Source: Tubulanus polymorphus
Lineage: Eukaryota; Animalia; Nemertea
Direction of reading: 5' to 3'
Length of the DNA stretch: 64,000 nucleotides
NCBI RefSeq assembly: GCF_964204645.1
Contig: NC_134033.1
Coordinates: forward strand, 6,162,231-6,226,230
The stretch's first letter is position 1, and every line of letters begins with the position of its first letter. The notes beneath the pieces are model-generated. The model did no database searches, was not told the DNA's origin, and saw only the letters and a list, made by a program, of their open reading frames with translations. The translations under genes and the position numbers were made by a program. Of this stretch, positions 37,101 to 49,281 are shown piece by piece.

Positions 37101-40100
37101 ATTTGCGCGTAATCTCAAATTCAAGCGGGTACAGATCAGTCGTCAGGAAAGATATTCAAAAGATTTTAACGCAGGCTTAAACTGCAAATAACCCTCTTTA
37201 ACCTCTGTGAAAATAAGATATATAGCTTCAAGAGATACTTAGATATTTCAAAATTAATAAATATTGCGGTTTCTTTTACGCGCGGTTGAGATATGCGGTC
37301 CTTGGTTTCACATCGTCACTGTTCTCAATTGTTGCGTTCAAAAATTCCAAGAATTGCCAGCAAATATCTGCATTTCATTTCCTTTAAAAAGCTGTATAAA
37401 TTGATTTCGTCGAGCAAGGGGCTGCAGAACTATATGATATTCAATCTAAATTTATGTTTTGAAAATGAGCGCAAATCATCGCAACAATGGGGACCTCGAG
37501 GGACCGCCACAAAATGGCGCCTAGAAACTGGAAACTTCTTTATTAGTACCGGTACGTACGTTTCGTGGGAGGGGGAATATTGTACTAATATCGTAGGGGG
37601 CTAAAGAAAGATGTACGTTCTTTTTTATAGGGGTCTCTTGAAAAATGTACGTACAGTGGACGAGAGGTATCCAAGATTTTGTCAAACACTGATTCAAAAT
37701 ATTTGATTACAGTATCCTAATATCATCCCACTCTAAATATCCTAGGATTTGCAATCGATTTTCGACTAAAGGTAGGTCAACAATTCGTTGGTTGATGGGG
37801 GGGGACTTTCAAAATATTCGCACGGGTGGGGGTCAATGAAATAAGTACAAAATCGTACAAGGAGAGGGCGGCTAAAAACGGCAAAATTGAACTATTTCGA
37901 CGCTCTTTTATCAGAACACATTCAAAGACTGATAATTTAAACTTCACATGTGTTGAGCACAAACACAGATATATTTTAACACCAGACATCTAACAGACAT
38001 GCTAGTATAGCAACTTGTTGTTGTTGAGGGACACAACGCACACTTTTATTTGGCAGTTTGTACTGAGCAGTTGTTGCGGTCGGTCGGAAGCCGACCAAGC
38101 ATTTGAATAAAAGATATTTTATCAAGATGGAATTGATGACTTTGGATTTATTTTGACGAGCTAGTTCCCGAGTGCACTGAAAATTCTAGTTGTTACACTA
38201 TCAGCAAAATGTAAAAAAATCGATCGTCCACACTTCACATGTGTTCGGACCTTCACTTGAGACACTTTAAATTGAAAATGAAATACACATGTACAAACAC
38301 CAGGCATTAGATATTTAATCGGCACACTTCAAAAAGCTGATCGTCCACACTTCACAAGCATGCAGGAGATATCTTTAATTGCAAATTAATGACAAACATC
38401 AGGGACATTTTAGTTATTTCACCAGAACACTTTCAGAACATACTGAATCTTATATACATCATTTTAATTTCACATCTTTTTTGGAAGTTTGGCTCCATTC
38501 TTGTGCAAAAATCCTCAACAAAAAATAACGGCAGTTGACGATTGAAAATAATTCTTACCAATGAGTAGAACGCTGATGAAATACACGAGAGATCGAACGA
38601 CGAATATCCAGGAGATCTGATGAACACTTGTATCAGTCAATTCCTGTAGATCTAGTAACATCGGACCGGGATACGCCAATCCCAAACCCTGAAAACCAAA
38701 GACAACTTCCTTATCAAATCAATTTTAATCTAAAGATTTTGAGTTAAGAGCGTTTAATTGAATTGTTGGACTTTATATCTAAGGCGTGCGGTTTTTTCTA
38801 GAAGAAATGAAATAATTTGATTTTATTAGGCTAGTTTCGATTGGTGTCATTCCGAAAAACATTTTTAGTGCATTCTATATCTTCTATATTCTGGAATAGC
38901 ACAATCCTCAAACTTGATAGATTCGGCTGGTAGAGAATTTGTAAACGACCGGAATTGCTAATGTTAAAAGATGTTTCAACCTGATAGTATAATCTGCAAA
39001 CCTGATAGAAGCGGCCGATAGAGAGTTAAGTTTCGATGTACGTGAAATGGCTAATACAGACCTTGTATTATCAAACCTGACTTAATAAAATTCGTGCCAA
39101 ATCTCAAAACAACTATCAATCGCACGAGATCAATTTTGACAGAAAGTAAACGAATGTTATGTTCCTCAATATATGCTAATATATTCCATAGGTTCCAATC
39201 TTCCCAACACAATCGACTAAGCCTAATATATTCAAATTCAATTTGAAACACCTTCCAGCTCGTGTCATGATCAGTAATAAGGATCGAACATAGATAGATC
39301 ATTCTCAAAATAGCAAACCCGGTCCAACGGTTTGCGTCAAGTTTGACCCATCCATGGCTGCCTCCATTTGCGTTAAGCTGCTGCTGAAAATTCAAAAATG
39401 TAAATCGGGTACCGGTATTTAACTGAAGACCGAGTGCTCGCCATTACTCCATGGTATTATAACAAAGCCTTTTCTACTTTGATAGCATTGTATCTTAAGT
39501 CGTATTATTTTATCCATGCTATAACTATCTGCCCATTTGTTTGTTTAGTAATTCGTTAATCCGTGCTCAGACCAATGTTCCCCTAATGTGTCACCTGCCA
39601 ATCTGTCACATGTCTCTCTGTTTGTTCTGTCTAACCAATATTATATATAACTTGTAAGATTCAGAAGAATTATGAGATACTGGCATTCGCGCAAAGTCAG
39701 CCTTGGAGTGCATGAAATTCAGACACATACCAAGTGCAGAATAAAGTCGTCTTCAACTGAAATATCATAGTCTTCGTCATCTATATCGAGTTAGTTCCCG
39801 AAACGACTCGTAAGCGGAAAAATAGCGTTGCTAAAGTATTTCTGATGGTTAACTTTTGAGCATAATCACTTGCTTACGGCCATATTTCATTGATGCAATA
39901 TACCGTGAAACAATATATGATATTGACGGGAGATCAATGAAACATAAATGCCTGACACTAGAAAACTTATTTCGACTTTTTTTTACTATCTTAGGTGATT
40001 GGTTGAGGGTTTCAAAATAAGAACATTTTCCGTGGATTAAGGCTGCGAGTAGGTTGCCCCTCGGTGTTAAAACAAATATACCCAAAACAATGTAATTTGC

Positions 40101-43100
40101 AAGAGTATGAGTGTTAGATTTGTAGGTTTTAACGATCACTGTCTTGACAAAGATGGTAACCTTAATGGGAAGGAGCAGGGGTCCGGACTACCAACCCCCA
40201 AAAGCCGTAGTCTGTCCCTATGACTAGAAATATATATAGGATTTTTTTAAATAACTAGGTGCCCTTGTTTCCATAGTTACTGAAAAGTTTGATTTCAACA
40301 AAGTAGGACCGGTTAAATTGTCAAATTTCTTGATATAAATATCTAAACATGATACTCACCACAATCATAGAACATGTCATGAGCTACAACTTTGCAATCG
40401 ATTATGGTCACCTAATATGCACAAGGGTCAATACAAACAGACAAATTGTATATTATTCAATATTGAAATCAGCCTTGTGGGAAAGAACAAAGAATCGGGT
40501 GATCCAAATTTCAAGTGAGGAGATGTATCCTGTACGAGTGCTAATAAAATTCAAATATCAAGACTATAAGTTAAAACCTGTTGATATTCCTAAACTAGGG
40601 GTCCAGGGACACCAAACCCGCTTGGGAAGTGGTTTCAAATGCTCAACAATCTAACAATTTCAATATTCAACGCCCCCTGGTGACAAAAACCAATGACCTT
40701 GAAACCCACCACAATCATATAGAACATGTCAGCAGCTACGATTTTGTAATGGATTATGACAACAAAATATGCCCCGTTACCAATTTAATATGGAAATACT
40801 AAGTTATTCTACTATTCAAGGCCCCCTGGTGACCATATTCAAAACCCAATGACCTTGAAACTCACCGCTCACCGCTACAACTTTGCAATTGATTGTGGTA
40901 ACACAATATGCATAGGTACGAATATAATATAGAAATACTAAGATATTGTATTATTCAACGCCCCCTGGTGGCCATATACAAAAAATATACAAAAACCAAT
41001 GACCTTGAAACTCACCCAAATCATAGAACACGTTATGAGCTACAATTTACTAATCAATTGTGGTAACAAATACGCTTAGGTATCAATATAATGTGGAAAA
41101 CCTTTTCGGGTGTCACTAAACCTAAGACCCCCTAAACCTAAGACCTAAGACCCGTTAGGTCTTATGTTTAGGGGGTCTTAGGTTTAGTGACACCTATATA
41201 TAATATACTAAACCTAAGACCCATAAACCTAAGACCCCCAAATATCTCGTCCAAAGTACACAAATGACGAATTAGAGCCAGGTCTTATGTTTATGGGTCT
41301 TAGGTTTAGTGACACCTATATATAATATACTAAACCTAAGACCCTCAAATACGTCTCTGATAAATAAACCAAATTTTAATAGGCCATCGATTGATCATTT
41401 TAACTAATATCTATATATTAGAACCATTTTGAGTAGTCTGAAGTACACAAATAATGATTTAGATTCGGGTCTTAGGTTTATGGGTCTTAGGTTTAGTGAC
41501 ACCTATATATAATATACTAAACCTAAGACCCATAAACCTAAGACCCCCAAATATCTCGTCCAAAGTACACAAATAACGAATTAGAGCCAGGTCTTATGTT
41601 TAGGGGGTCTTAGGTTTAGTGACACCTATATATAATATACTAACCTAAGACCTATAAACCTAAGACCCTCAAATATCACGTCTCTGATAAATGAACCAAA
41701 TTTAGATAGGCCATCGATGGGTCATTTTAACTATACACAAATGACGAATTAGAGCCAGGTCTTATGTTTATGGGTCTTAGGTTTAGTGACAACTATATAT
41801 AATATACTAAACCTAAGACCCTCAAATACGTCTCTGATAAATAAACCAAATTTTAATAGGCCATCGATTGATCATTTTAACTAATATCTATATATTAGAA
41901 CCATTTTGAATAGTCTAAAGTACACAAATAATGATTTAGAGTCGGGTCTTAGGTTTATGGGTCTTAGGTTTAGTGACACCTATATATAATATACTAAACC
42001 TAAGACCTATAAACCTTCACCAGCTACCTGTTAATCTCTAGAAAAAAAGAATGAATATTCAAAAAATGTTGCTCGATGAGGAGAGTTATTTGGTTGAATA
42101 AGATCATTTAAACTCAGCCTGTTGTTTTGGCGAATCAAGAGTGGTGGTCACTTGAAAATAAATAAATTTAACTTTAGAGGAATCAACTGTTCATGTGTAA
42201 ACCTATTTTACAGAAATCCATTCATAACTTTCCGAGTTATTTTGCTAATAAAAAGCTTCATGGAAACAAACAAAAAATAGATAAACGGTGGCCAAACATA
42301 ACCTCTTTGCGATACCGCATGAAGTAGCAGCTCAGATAGTTCGAAGACGAGATATTTGGGGGTCTTAGGTTTATGGGTCTTAGGTTTAGTATATCATATA
42401 TAGGTGTCACTAAACCTAAGACCCATGAACCTAAAACCCGACTCTAAATCATTATTTGTGTACTTTAGACTAATCAAAATGGGTCTAATATATAGATATT
42501 AGTTAGAATGATCCATCGATGGCCTATTTAAATTTGGTTTATTTATCAGAGACGAGATATTTGAGGGTCTTAGGTTTATAGGTCTTAGGTTTAGTATATT
42601 ATATATAGGTGTCACTAAACATAAGACCCATAAACCTAAGACCCGACTCTAAATCATTATTTGTGTACGTTAGACTATTCAAAATGGTTCTAATATATAG
42701 ATATTAGTTAGAATGATCCATCGATGGCCTATTTAAATCTGATTTATTTATCAGAGACGAGATATTTGAGGGTCTTAGGTTTATAGGTCTTAGGTTTAGT
42801 ATATTATATATAGGTGTCACTAAACCTAAGACCCCCTAAACATAAGACCTAACGGGTCTTAGGTCTTAGGTTTAGGGGGTCTTAGGTTTAGTGACACCCA
42901 AACCTTTTCCCACCTACGAATGAGTACTGATGACACCAAGATGGCCGCCAATTGCGTCATAATTGGCTGATAAAAAATACCTGGTATAAAACATCCTTTT
43001 CCAAAGAATACCCATCACAAATTGCGATGAGAAATGGTAAACCAGTAGGAAGCTACAGGACTCAGAATTCAGGCCAAAATTTACATTTTTGGGCACTAAA

Positions 43101-44351
43101 AAGGTCATAGGACGGCCATCTTGAGTCCGATCGACCCAATTTTTGTTATGCTGATGGGCCCTGGGGGATTCAAATATGTCCGAAAGATAAAGGTAATTGA
43201 TCGAAGCATCTTCAAAATTTCCCTCAAAAAGTTCAAGCTTGTTTAAAAAGTGCTGATTTTGACGAACAACAATGGCTGCCAGTCAGCCATCTTGATTCTG
43301 ACAGGGCCAGTTTTTGGGCCGAAGATGTATCTAGGGTAGATACATGCGTAACCCAAATATCAAGACATTACATTGAAGCGTCTTCAAAACTTCCCAAAAT
43401 AACTGGATTCTGTCTACGGACGGACGACAGACGAAAAGTGAACGCAAATAGCCCGCTGGGACTAAAATCCCAAGTGGGCTAAAAAGATTTTCCACCTACG
43501 AATGAGTACTGATGACACTAGGATGGCCGCCAATTGCGTGATAGTGGCTGATAAAAAATACCTGTCACATGCATTAAAGATCCCTCTCCATAAAATTACC
43601 ATCAGAAGGGGTTAAACCAAGATAATGAAAAAGTCCATTCGGTAGTTCGAACGAACCCCCCTTTTAAAATTTCAAACGTCGACGAACGTCAGTACATGAT
43701 CTGAATTTGCTAAATTTAGCAAAATAAAATCGATACATGCAAAGGAAACGGTAACCAGTCTACCTATCGGCCTCAGATTGCACCAGAACGCGCTTGCTTC
43801 TTGCACGAAATTTTCAAATTCTCGGGAATTTCTGGGGGAGGACCGCCAGACCCCCTTCTAATCCTAAAAACGAACTCCCGAAAAAGATTCTGGGGACGCC
43901 CATGAAGTCTCATCGCTTTTCAAACAGCTTTGCCGAAGGATATCTTATCCTAAATCGTACCTAAAACTTCGCATGGTCTAATAAATAATGGTTGTATTAA
44001 TAAATGTCGAGTCATTATTCAGGCGCAGATCCAGGGGTGCTTGGGCAATGTGGTGGACTGTGAGCAACCCCAATCGGAAAATGTCTTTCGTATCACTACA
44101 AGAACAAGGTTCAGCTTGAATTGGGTGCCTACGAGATGATCGAGCAGTGCATAAAACACGCCCGAGAATGCATGAAATGAGACAAATTCTTCAGTACATT
44201 GTTTTCAGCGGGGATATGACCGCAAAGCACATTGTGTTTGAAAATCCTGGATCAGTCCCCTATTGATACTTCTGATACTTACAAGTGTGAAATAAGTGGC
44301 GCACAAACAAACAGAAACGATCACTTCAGGTTTTTTCTGGCGGAGATTCAT
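34158..44351 (-). CDS. MFSD4: MFS transporter, MFSD4-like (paralog B), 4 coding exons, ~552 aa
   Basis: Exons 44351-44283 (MNLRQKKPEVIVSVCLCATYFTL), 38688-38559, 35861-35706 and 35461-34158. First three exon lengths (69, 130, 156) and phases match paralog A; GT-AG introns. Confidence 0.88.
36049..37540. mobile_element. 1.5-kb foldback-like DNA element with ~425-bp TIRs
   Basis: 36049-~36472 is the reverse complement of ~37115-37540, so the same spurious ORF appears on both strands; TA on both flanks. Confidence 0.85.
38006..38197 (+). mobile_element. internally deleted solo-LTR-like element, same family as 52203-52578
   Basis: CTAG|tatagcaac...aataaaa...gttgttaca|CTAT; near-identical in reverse complement to 52203-52373. 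Confidence 0.7.
39458..39835 (+). mobile_element. solo-LTR-like element
   Basis: GTAT|tataacaa...aataaa...tagttcccga...gttgctaaa|GTAT; 378 bp, similar in size and termini to 52203-52578. Confidence 0.45.
40593..43485 (+). mobile_element. HINE-like (Helentron-associated) element, interrupted by a foldback element
   Basis: 5' aactaggggtccagggacacc, ~154-bp subrepeats, (GGAC)n, 3' hairpin agcccgctggga..tcccaagtgggct and an A-run. Confidence 0.75.
41108..42899. mobile_element. Mutator-type foldback element built of taaacctaagacc motifs, 10-bp TSD
   Basis: AAACCTTTTC|gggtgtcactaaacc...ggtttagtgacaccc|AAACCTTTTC; ~145-bp near-perfect TIRs plus modular internal repeats; unique core ~42015-42345. 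Confidence 0.85.
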
Positions 44352-44656
44352 CTCTGTTGTTCACCAAGTCCTGGAAGTTCCTGGAAGTAGTTGTATTATA
44401 TCCCAGTCACTTAACGATCCTTAGTATACTCTTAACCATCCAGACACTAGCATTCAAATTGTTCCATGACATTTGCCCACCGGACTTCGGTCGGATTTTT
44501 TTGTCTGTTTGACAGCGATATCGCAGATATGTTGACCGATTTTGATAAATCAAATATCTAGAATACACCGACTTTATGACGTTTTGTGTCTGTTCATTCT
44601 GACCGGGTTCTAAGTATAGGTTAGAAACCGAGATCACGCATATACATGTATAATAG

Positions 44657-44751
44657 AACCGTCGAGCACGCTAGCAATCAATATTATCGTTGCATATAAT
44701 AAACGTTTTGATGTTTAACGATATCAATGAATGCTAGCGCGCTCGACGGTT
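44657..44751. repeat. ~35-bp-arm inverted repeat upstream of paralog B
   Basis: aaccgtcgagcacgctagca ... tgctagcgcgctcgacggtt. Confidence 0.7.
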
Positions 44752-45266
44752 TAAAGGTCAAGTGCCCACTAAATAGAATATTGTGTAAAACCGTTTTTCT
44801 AAATGTGAAATGTGTATAAATGATAAGTGTGTTACTAATTTTGATTTTAGTAAAGCCATTACTGAGAAATAAGACTTTAAAGTCGGCTATTTTCACCAGT
44901 TTGCCGTACACAGCAGGTGCGCGTTTGTTGTGAAAAACCCACGATTGCTGACGCCATTTGTAGTCAAACACACATTTCCACGTGCGTTGTACCACTGAAG
45001 AATAACATAAGGGCTCATTCATTTATTACGTATTCTCATTAGGGGAGGGGGAGGGGTAAGTGCTATTGCGTACTGTTATGCTTATGTATATGAAAATTGG
45101 CCGATTTTGCGTACATCAGGGGAAACTGTCAAATTTTCTAATTTGACAGTTGTTTCAACTGTCAAATACAGTTAAAACAATCTATTAGAAAGTGTTTATT
45201 TTGCCAATGCGGCATTATTCATGTAAACGCTATTTTGTCAATGGCTATATGTAAAGATATACTAAT

Positions 45267-46769
45267 AACTAGGGGTCCAGGGACACCATGCCCACTTGGG
45301 AAGTGGTTTCAAGCTCAACAATCTAACAATTTAAATATTCAATGCCCCCTGGTGACCATATACAAAAACCAATGACCTTGAAACTCACCACAATCATAGA
45401 ATATGTCAGCAGCTACGATTTTGTAATTGATTGTGATAACAAAATATGCTTCGTTACCAATTTAATAAGGAAATACTAAGTTATTCTACAATTCAACGTC
45501 CCTGGTGACCATGTGCAAAACCCAATGACCTTGAAACTCACCACAATCATAGAACATGTCATGAACTACAACTTTGCAATCGATCATGGTAACCAAATAT
45601 CCCTAGATACCAATCTAATAAGGAAATACCAAGTTTTTCTACTATTCAACGCCCCCTGGTGACCATATAGAATAACTTATGTACTTGAAACTCACCACAA
45701 TCATAGACGATGTCATGAGCTACAACTTTGCAATCGATTGTTGTCACAAAATATGCGTAGGTACAAATATAATATAGAAATACTAAGTTATTGTATTATT
45801 CAACGCTCCCTAGCGACTATATGCAAAACCCAATGACCTTGAAACTCACTACAACCATAGAACATGTCATGAACTACAACTTTGCAATGGATCATGGTAG
45901 CAAAATAGCCCTACGTACCAATCTGATAAGGAAATACTAAGTTATTTGCAATCGATTGTGGTAACAAAATATGCGTAGGTACAAATATAATATAAAGAAA
46001 TACTAAGTTATTGTATTATTCAATGCCCCCTGGTGGCCATATACAAAAAGCAATGATCTTGAAAACGTTATGAGATCATAGAAAATCATAGAAAACGTTA
46101 TGAGCTACAACTTTCTAATTCATTGTGGTAACAAAATCTGCTTAGGTATCAATATAATGTGGAAAAACTTTTTCCTACCTACGAATGAGTACTGATGACG
46201 CCAAGATGGCTGCCAATTGCGCCATAATTGGCTGATCAAAAATACCTGTCTCAGGTATAAAACATCCTTTTCAAAAGAATACCCATCACAAATTGCAATG
46301 AGAAATGGCAAACCAGTAGGAAGCTACAGGACTCAGAATTTGGGCCAAAATTTACATTTTTGGCCACTAAAAAGGTCACAGGACAGCCATCTTGAATCCG
46401 ATCGACCCAATTTTTCTTATGTAAATGGGCCCTTGGGGGATTCAAATATATACGAAAGATCAAGCTAATTGATCAAAGCGTCTTCAAAATTTCCCTCAAA
46501 AAGTTCAAAAACGTGTAAAAAGTGCTGATTTTGGCGAACAACAATGGCTGCCAATCAGCCATCTTGATTCTGACAGGGCCAGTTTTTGGGCTGAAGATGT
46601 GTCTAGGGTAGATACATGTGTAACCCAAATATCAAGACATTACATTGAAGCGTCTTCAAAACTTCCCAAAATAACTGGATTCCGTCTACGGACGGACGAA
46701 CGGACGGACGGCGGACGAAAAGTGAACGCAATAGCCTGCTGGGACTTAAGTCCCAAGTGGGCTATAAAA
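45267..46769 (+). mobile_element. complete HINE-like element
   Basis: Subterminal IR gcccacttggga / tcccaagtgggc, 5-6 tandem ~154-bp units, (GGAC)n and a 3' stem-loop. Confidence 0.8.
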
Positions 46770-46964
46770 GTTTCAAGAACGTACGTACCTTGTCCAGCAA
46801 AGCATAATCTAAACCTTTCACTAAATGCGTATGTTCCATATCACCACCGAGATATTTCGATTCTTGAATAACTTTCTTTCTTCTCTCGGCGTAATGTTCA
46901 CCTCTGCAAAAATTCAAATCTTTGGTATTGAAATATTCTAGTATTTTAGATTCAATGATAAGAT

Positions 46965-47260
46965 AACTAGGGGTCCAGGGACACCATGCCCCGGTTCAAA
47001 TATATACGAAAGATAAAGGTAATTGATCAAGGTGTCTTCAAAATTCCCCTCAAAAAGTTCAAAAACGTCTAAAAAGTGCTGATTTTGGCAAACAACAATG
47101 GCTGCCAGTCGGCCATCTTGATTCTGAGAGGTCCAGTTCTTGGGCTGAAGATGTGTCTAGGGTAGATACATGTATTCCGTCTACGGACGGACGGACGAAC
47201 GGACGGACGAAAAGTGAACGCAATAGCCCGCTGGGACTAAAGTTCCAAGTGGGCTAAAAA
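46965..47260 (+). mobile_element. internally deleted HINE-like element
   Basis: Both termini are present and the repeat array is missing. Confidence 0.75.
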
Positions 47261-47817
47261 TAAATAAAATAATTTCATTCGGTTTAGGGGTGGGGGGGGG
47301 GGTTCATTGGCAAAATAGCTTCAACAGGAATAATGCCGCATTGGCAAAATATCACCCGCCTATCTATTATACTTTGTATTGCTCCATTCTGTCCTCTCCC
47401 TATGTGAATGTTCCAGTAGTCGGTCTAATATGCGCGTCTACTCTCTATCCTATTTTCTATCCATTGCTATTGTTCTATTCTGCCCACCAACCCCCACCCC
47501 CCCCCCCACTGACCAGATTGCAAGATTCAAACATAAACTGCATGTATTTATATAATTTCCATTACAAAGAAGACAGCAGGTTGGCGGTTTGTTTAGCATG
47601 AAGATTATTTGATACTCATTTCGATGCTAGGCCGCAGGCCCAGAATAAATTCTTCTAAAGATGCTGCAAATAGAGGTAAGAATAATCAAACTCCCTAAAG
47701 GCTGAGATATTCTTGGCTAGGCTATTTTAAAGTATTTCAAGCCTAAAGTTTCAATTTAATTATCGATTAAACTGTTATTAATTGTAAATAGCAACATAAC
47801 CAGCAAAATCAGTTTTC

Positions 47818-48835
47818 CTAATTGCGTTCACTTTTCGTCCGTATACAGAATCCAGTTATTTTGGAAAGTTTTGAAGACGCTTGAATGGATTGTCTTGATC
47901 TTTGGTATATACATGTATCCACCCTAGATACATCATCTGCTCGAAAACTGATCAGAATCAAGATGGCCGACTGGCAGCCATTGTTGTTCGCCAAAATCAG
48001 CACTTTTACACATTCTTAAAGATTTCAAGGGAAATTTTGAAGACGCTTCAATCAATTATCTTGATCTTATTGTATCCCCCCTATGGTGCATCGGCATAAG
48101 AACAATTGGGTCGTTTGGACACAAAGATGGCTGCCGTGTGACCTTTTTTGTGCCCAAAAAGGTCATTTTTCCCCGAATTCCGAAAACTGTAGCTTCCGAA
48201 TGGTTTGTCATTTTTCATTGAAATTCATGATGGTTATACTTTGTGAAGAGATCTTAAGCACATCAGACAGATTTTTTTATCAGTCTAGTGCGACGCAATC
48301 GACAGCCATCGTATTGTCACCAGTCCTCATTTGTAGATAGAAAACGGTTTTATTGAGAAAAAATATGGACAGGTTTTGACTTATATGTTCTTTATATTTG
48401 ATAAATAGTATCACTGTCATAGTATTCATACCCCTCAAACTAGGGAATTGGGGTTAGTTACCCAGCTTTTTGTTCTCGTCACCAGGGGAGTTAAATATCG
48501 AATTATATACAATTTGTCTATTTATATTGGTACCTATGGATATTTTGTAACCACAATCAATTGCAAAGTTGTAGCTTATCACATGCTGTATGGTTGTGTT
48601 TGAGTTTCAAGGTCACTGGGTTTGTATCTGGTCGCCAGGTGGCATTGAATAGCCGAATAACTTATTTTCATTTATTGTATTGATTAGCTCATGACATGTT
48701 CTATGAGTGTGGTGAGTTTTAAGGTCAGACATTGCTTTCTTGATATGTTCACCAGGGGGCGTCGAATATTGGAATTTTCTGTTGACCATTTCAAACCACT
48801 TCCCAAGTGGGCGTGGTGTCCCTGGACCCCTAGTT
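47818..48835 (-). mobile_element. diverged HINE-like element, inverted
   Basis: Reverse complement of the 45267 element; 3' hairpin lost. Confidence 0.7.
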
Positions 48836-49281
48836 TGTGAAGCCGGCCCCAGAGGAAAACATCCAAGCAAGAGAAAAGGGACATGTCCCTGAAAATGTCT
48901 CACTGTCAGTGTCCCTGAAAAAATTTCAACTGTCCCTCTAGAAATTGTTTTAATTCTTCATTGTTCCTTATTGTGTCCCTGAAAATTTACTTTTTTTGTC
49001 CCTGATGTGGTAATTGATAGGTCGGCGGGTGTGCCAAACATAAATTGAACCAGTAATTGTTCGCTTCACACTGTTAACTTTATCAAGCCACCTCACTGAC
49101 TGTTATTTCTTTGAGCACGTGTCTTCTGGCTGATGTCAGTGGCTAGTAGCTCTAGTAGCGGGTAGGCGATTTTGTTTTAGGAATGACAAGACCAGCATTC
49201 CAACCTGTTTTCTCAGAATGTATAACAATACTGGCATCAACAGTATTCACGAATAGTTTGATATTTTTCATATATTTACAG

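Noticed and set aside
35946-37604. Same ~95-aa peptide on both strands
   Set aside because: A consequence of the long inverted repeat; no protein features.
41108-42899. Repeat-spacer pattern superficially like a CRISPR array
   Set aside because: Eukaryotic context, spacers are themselves repeated, orientations alternate, no cas genes, and TIR plus TSD explain it as a transposon.
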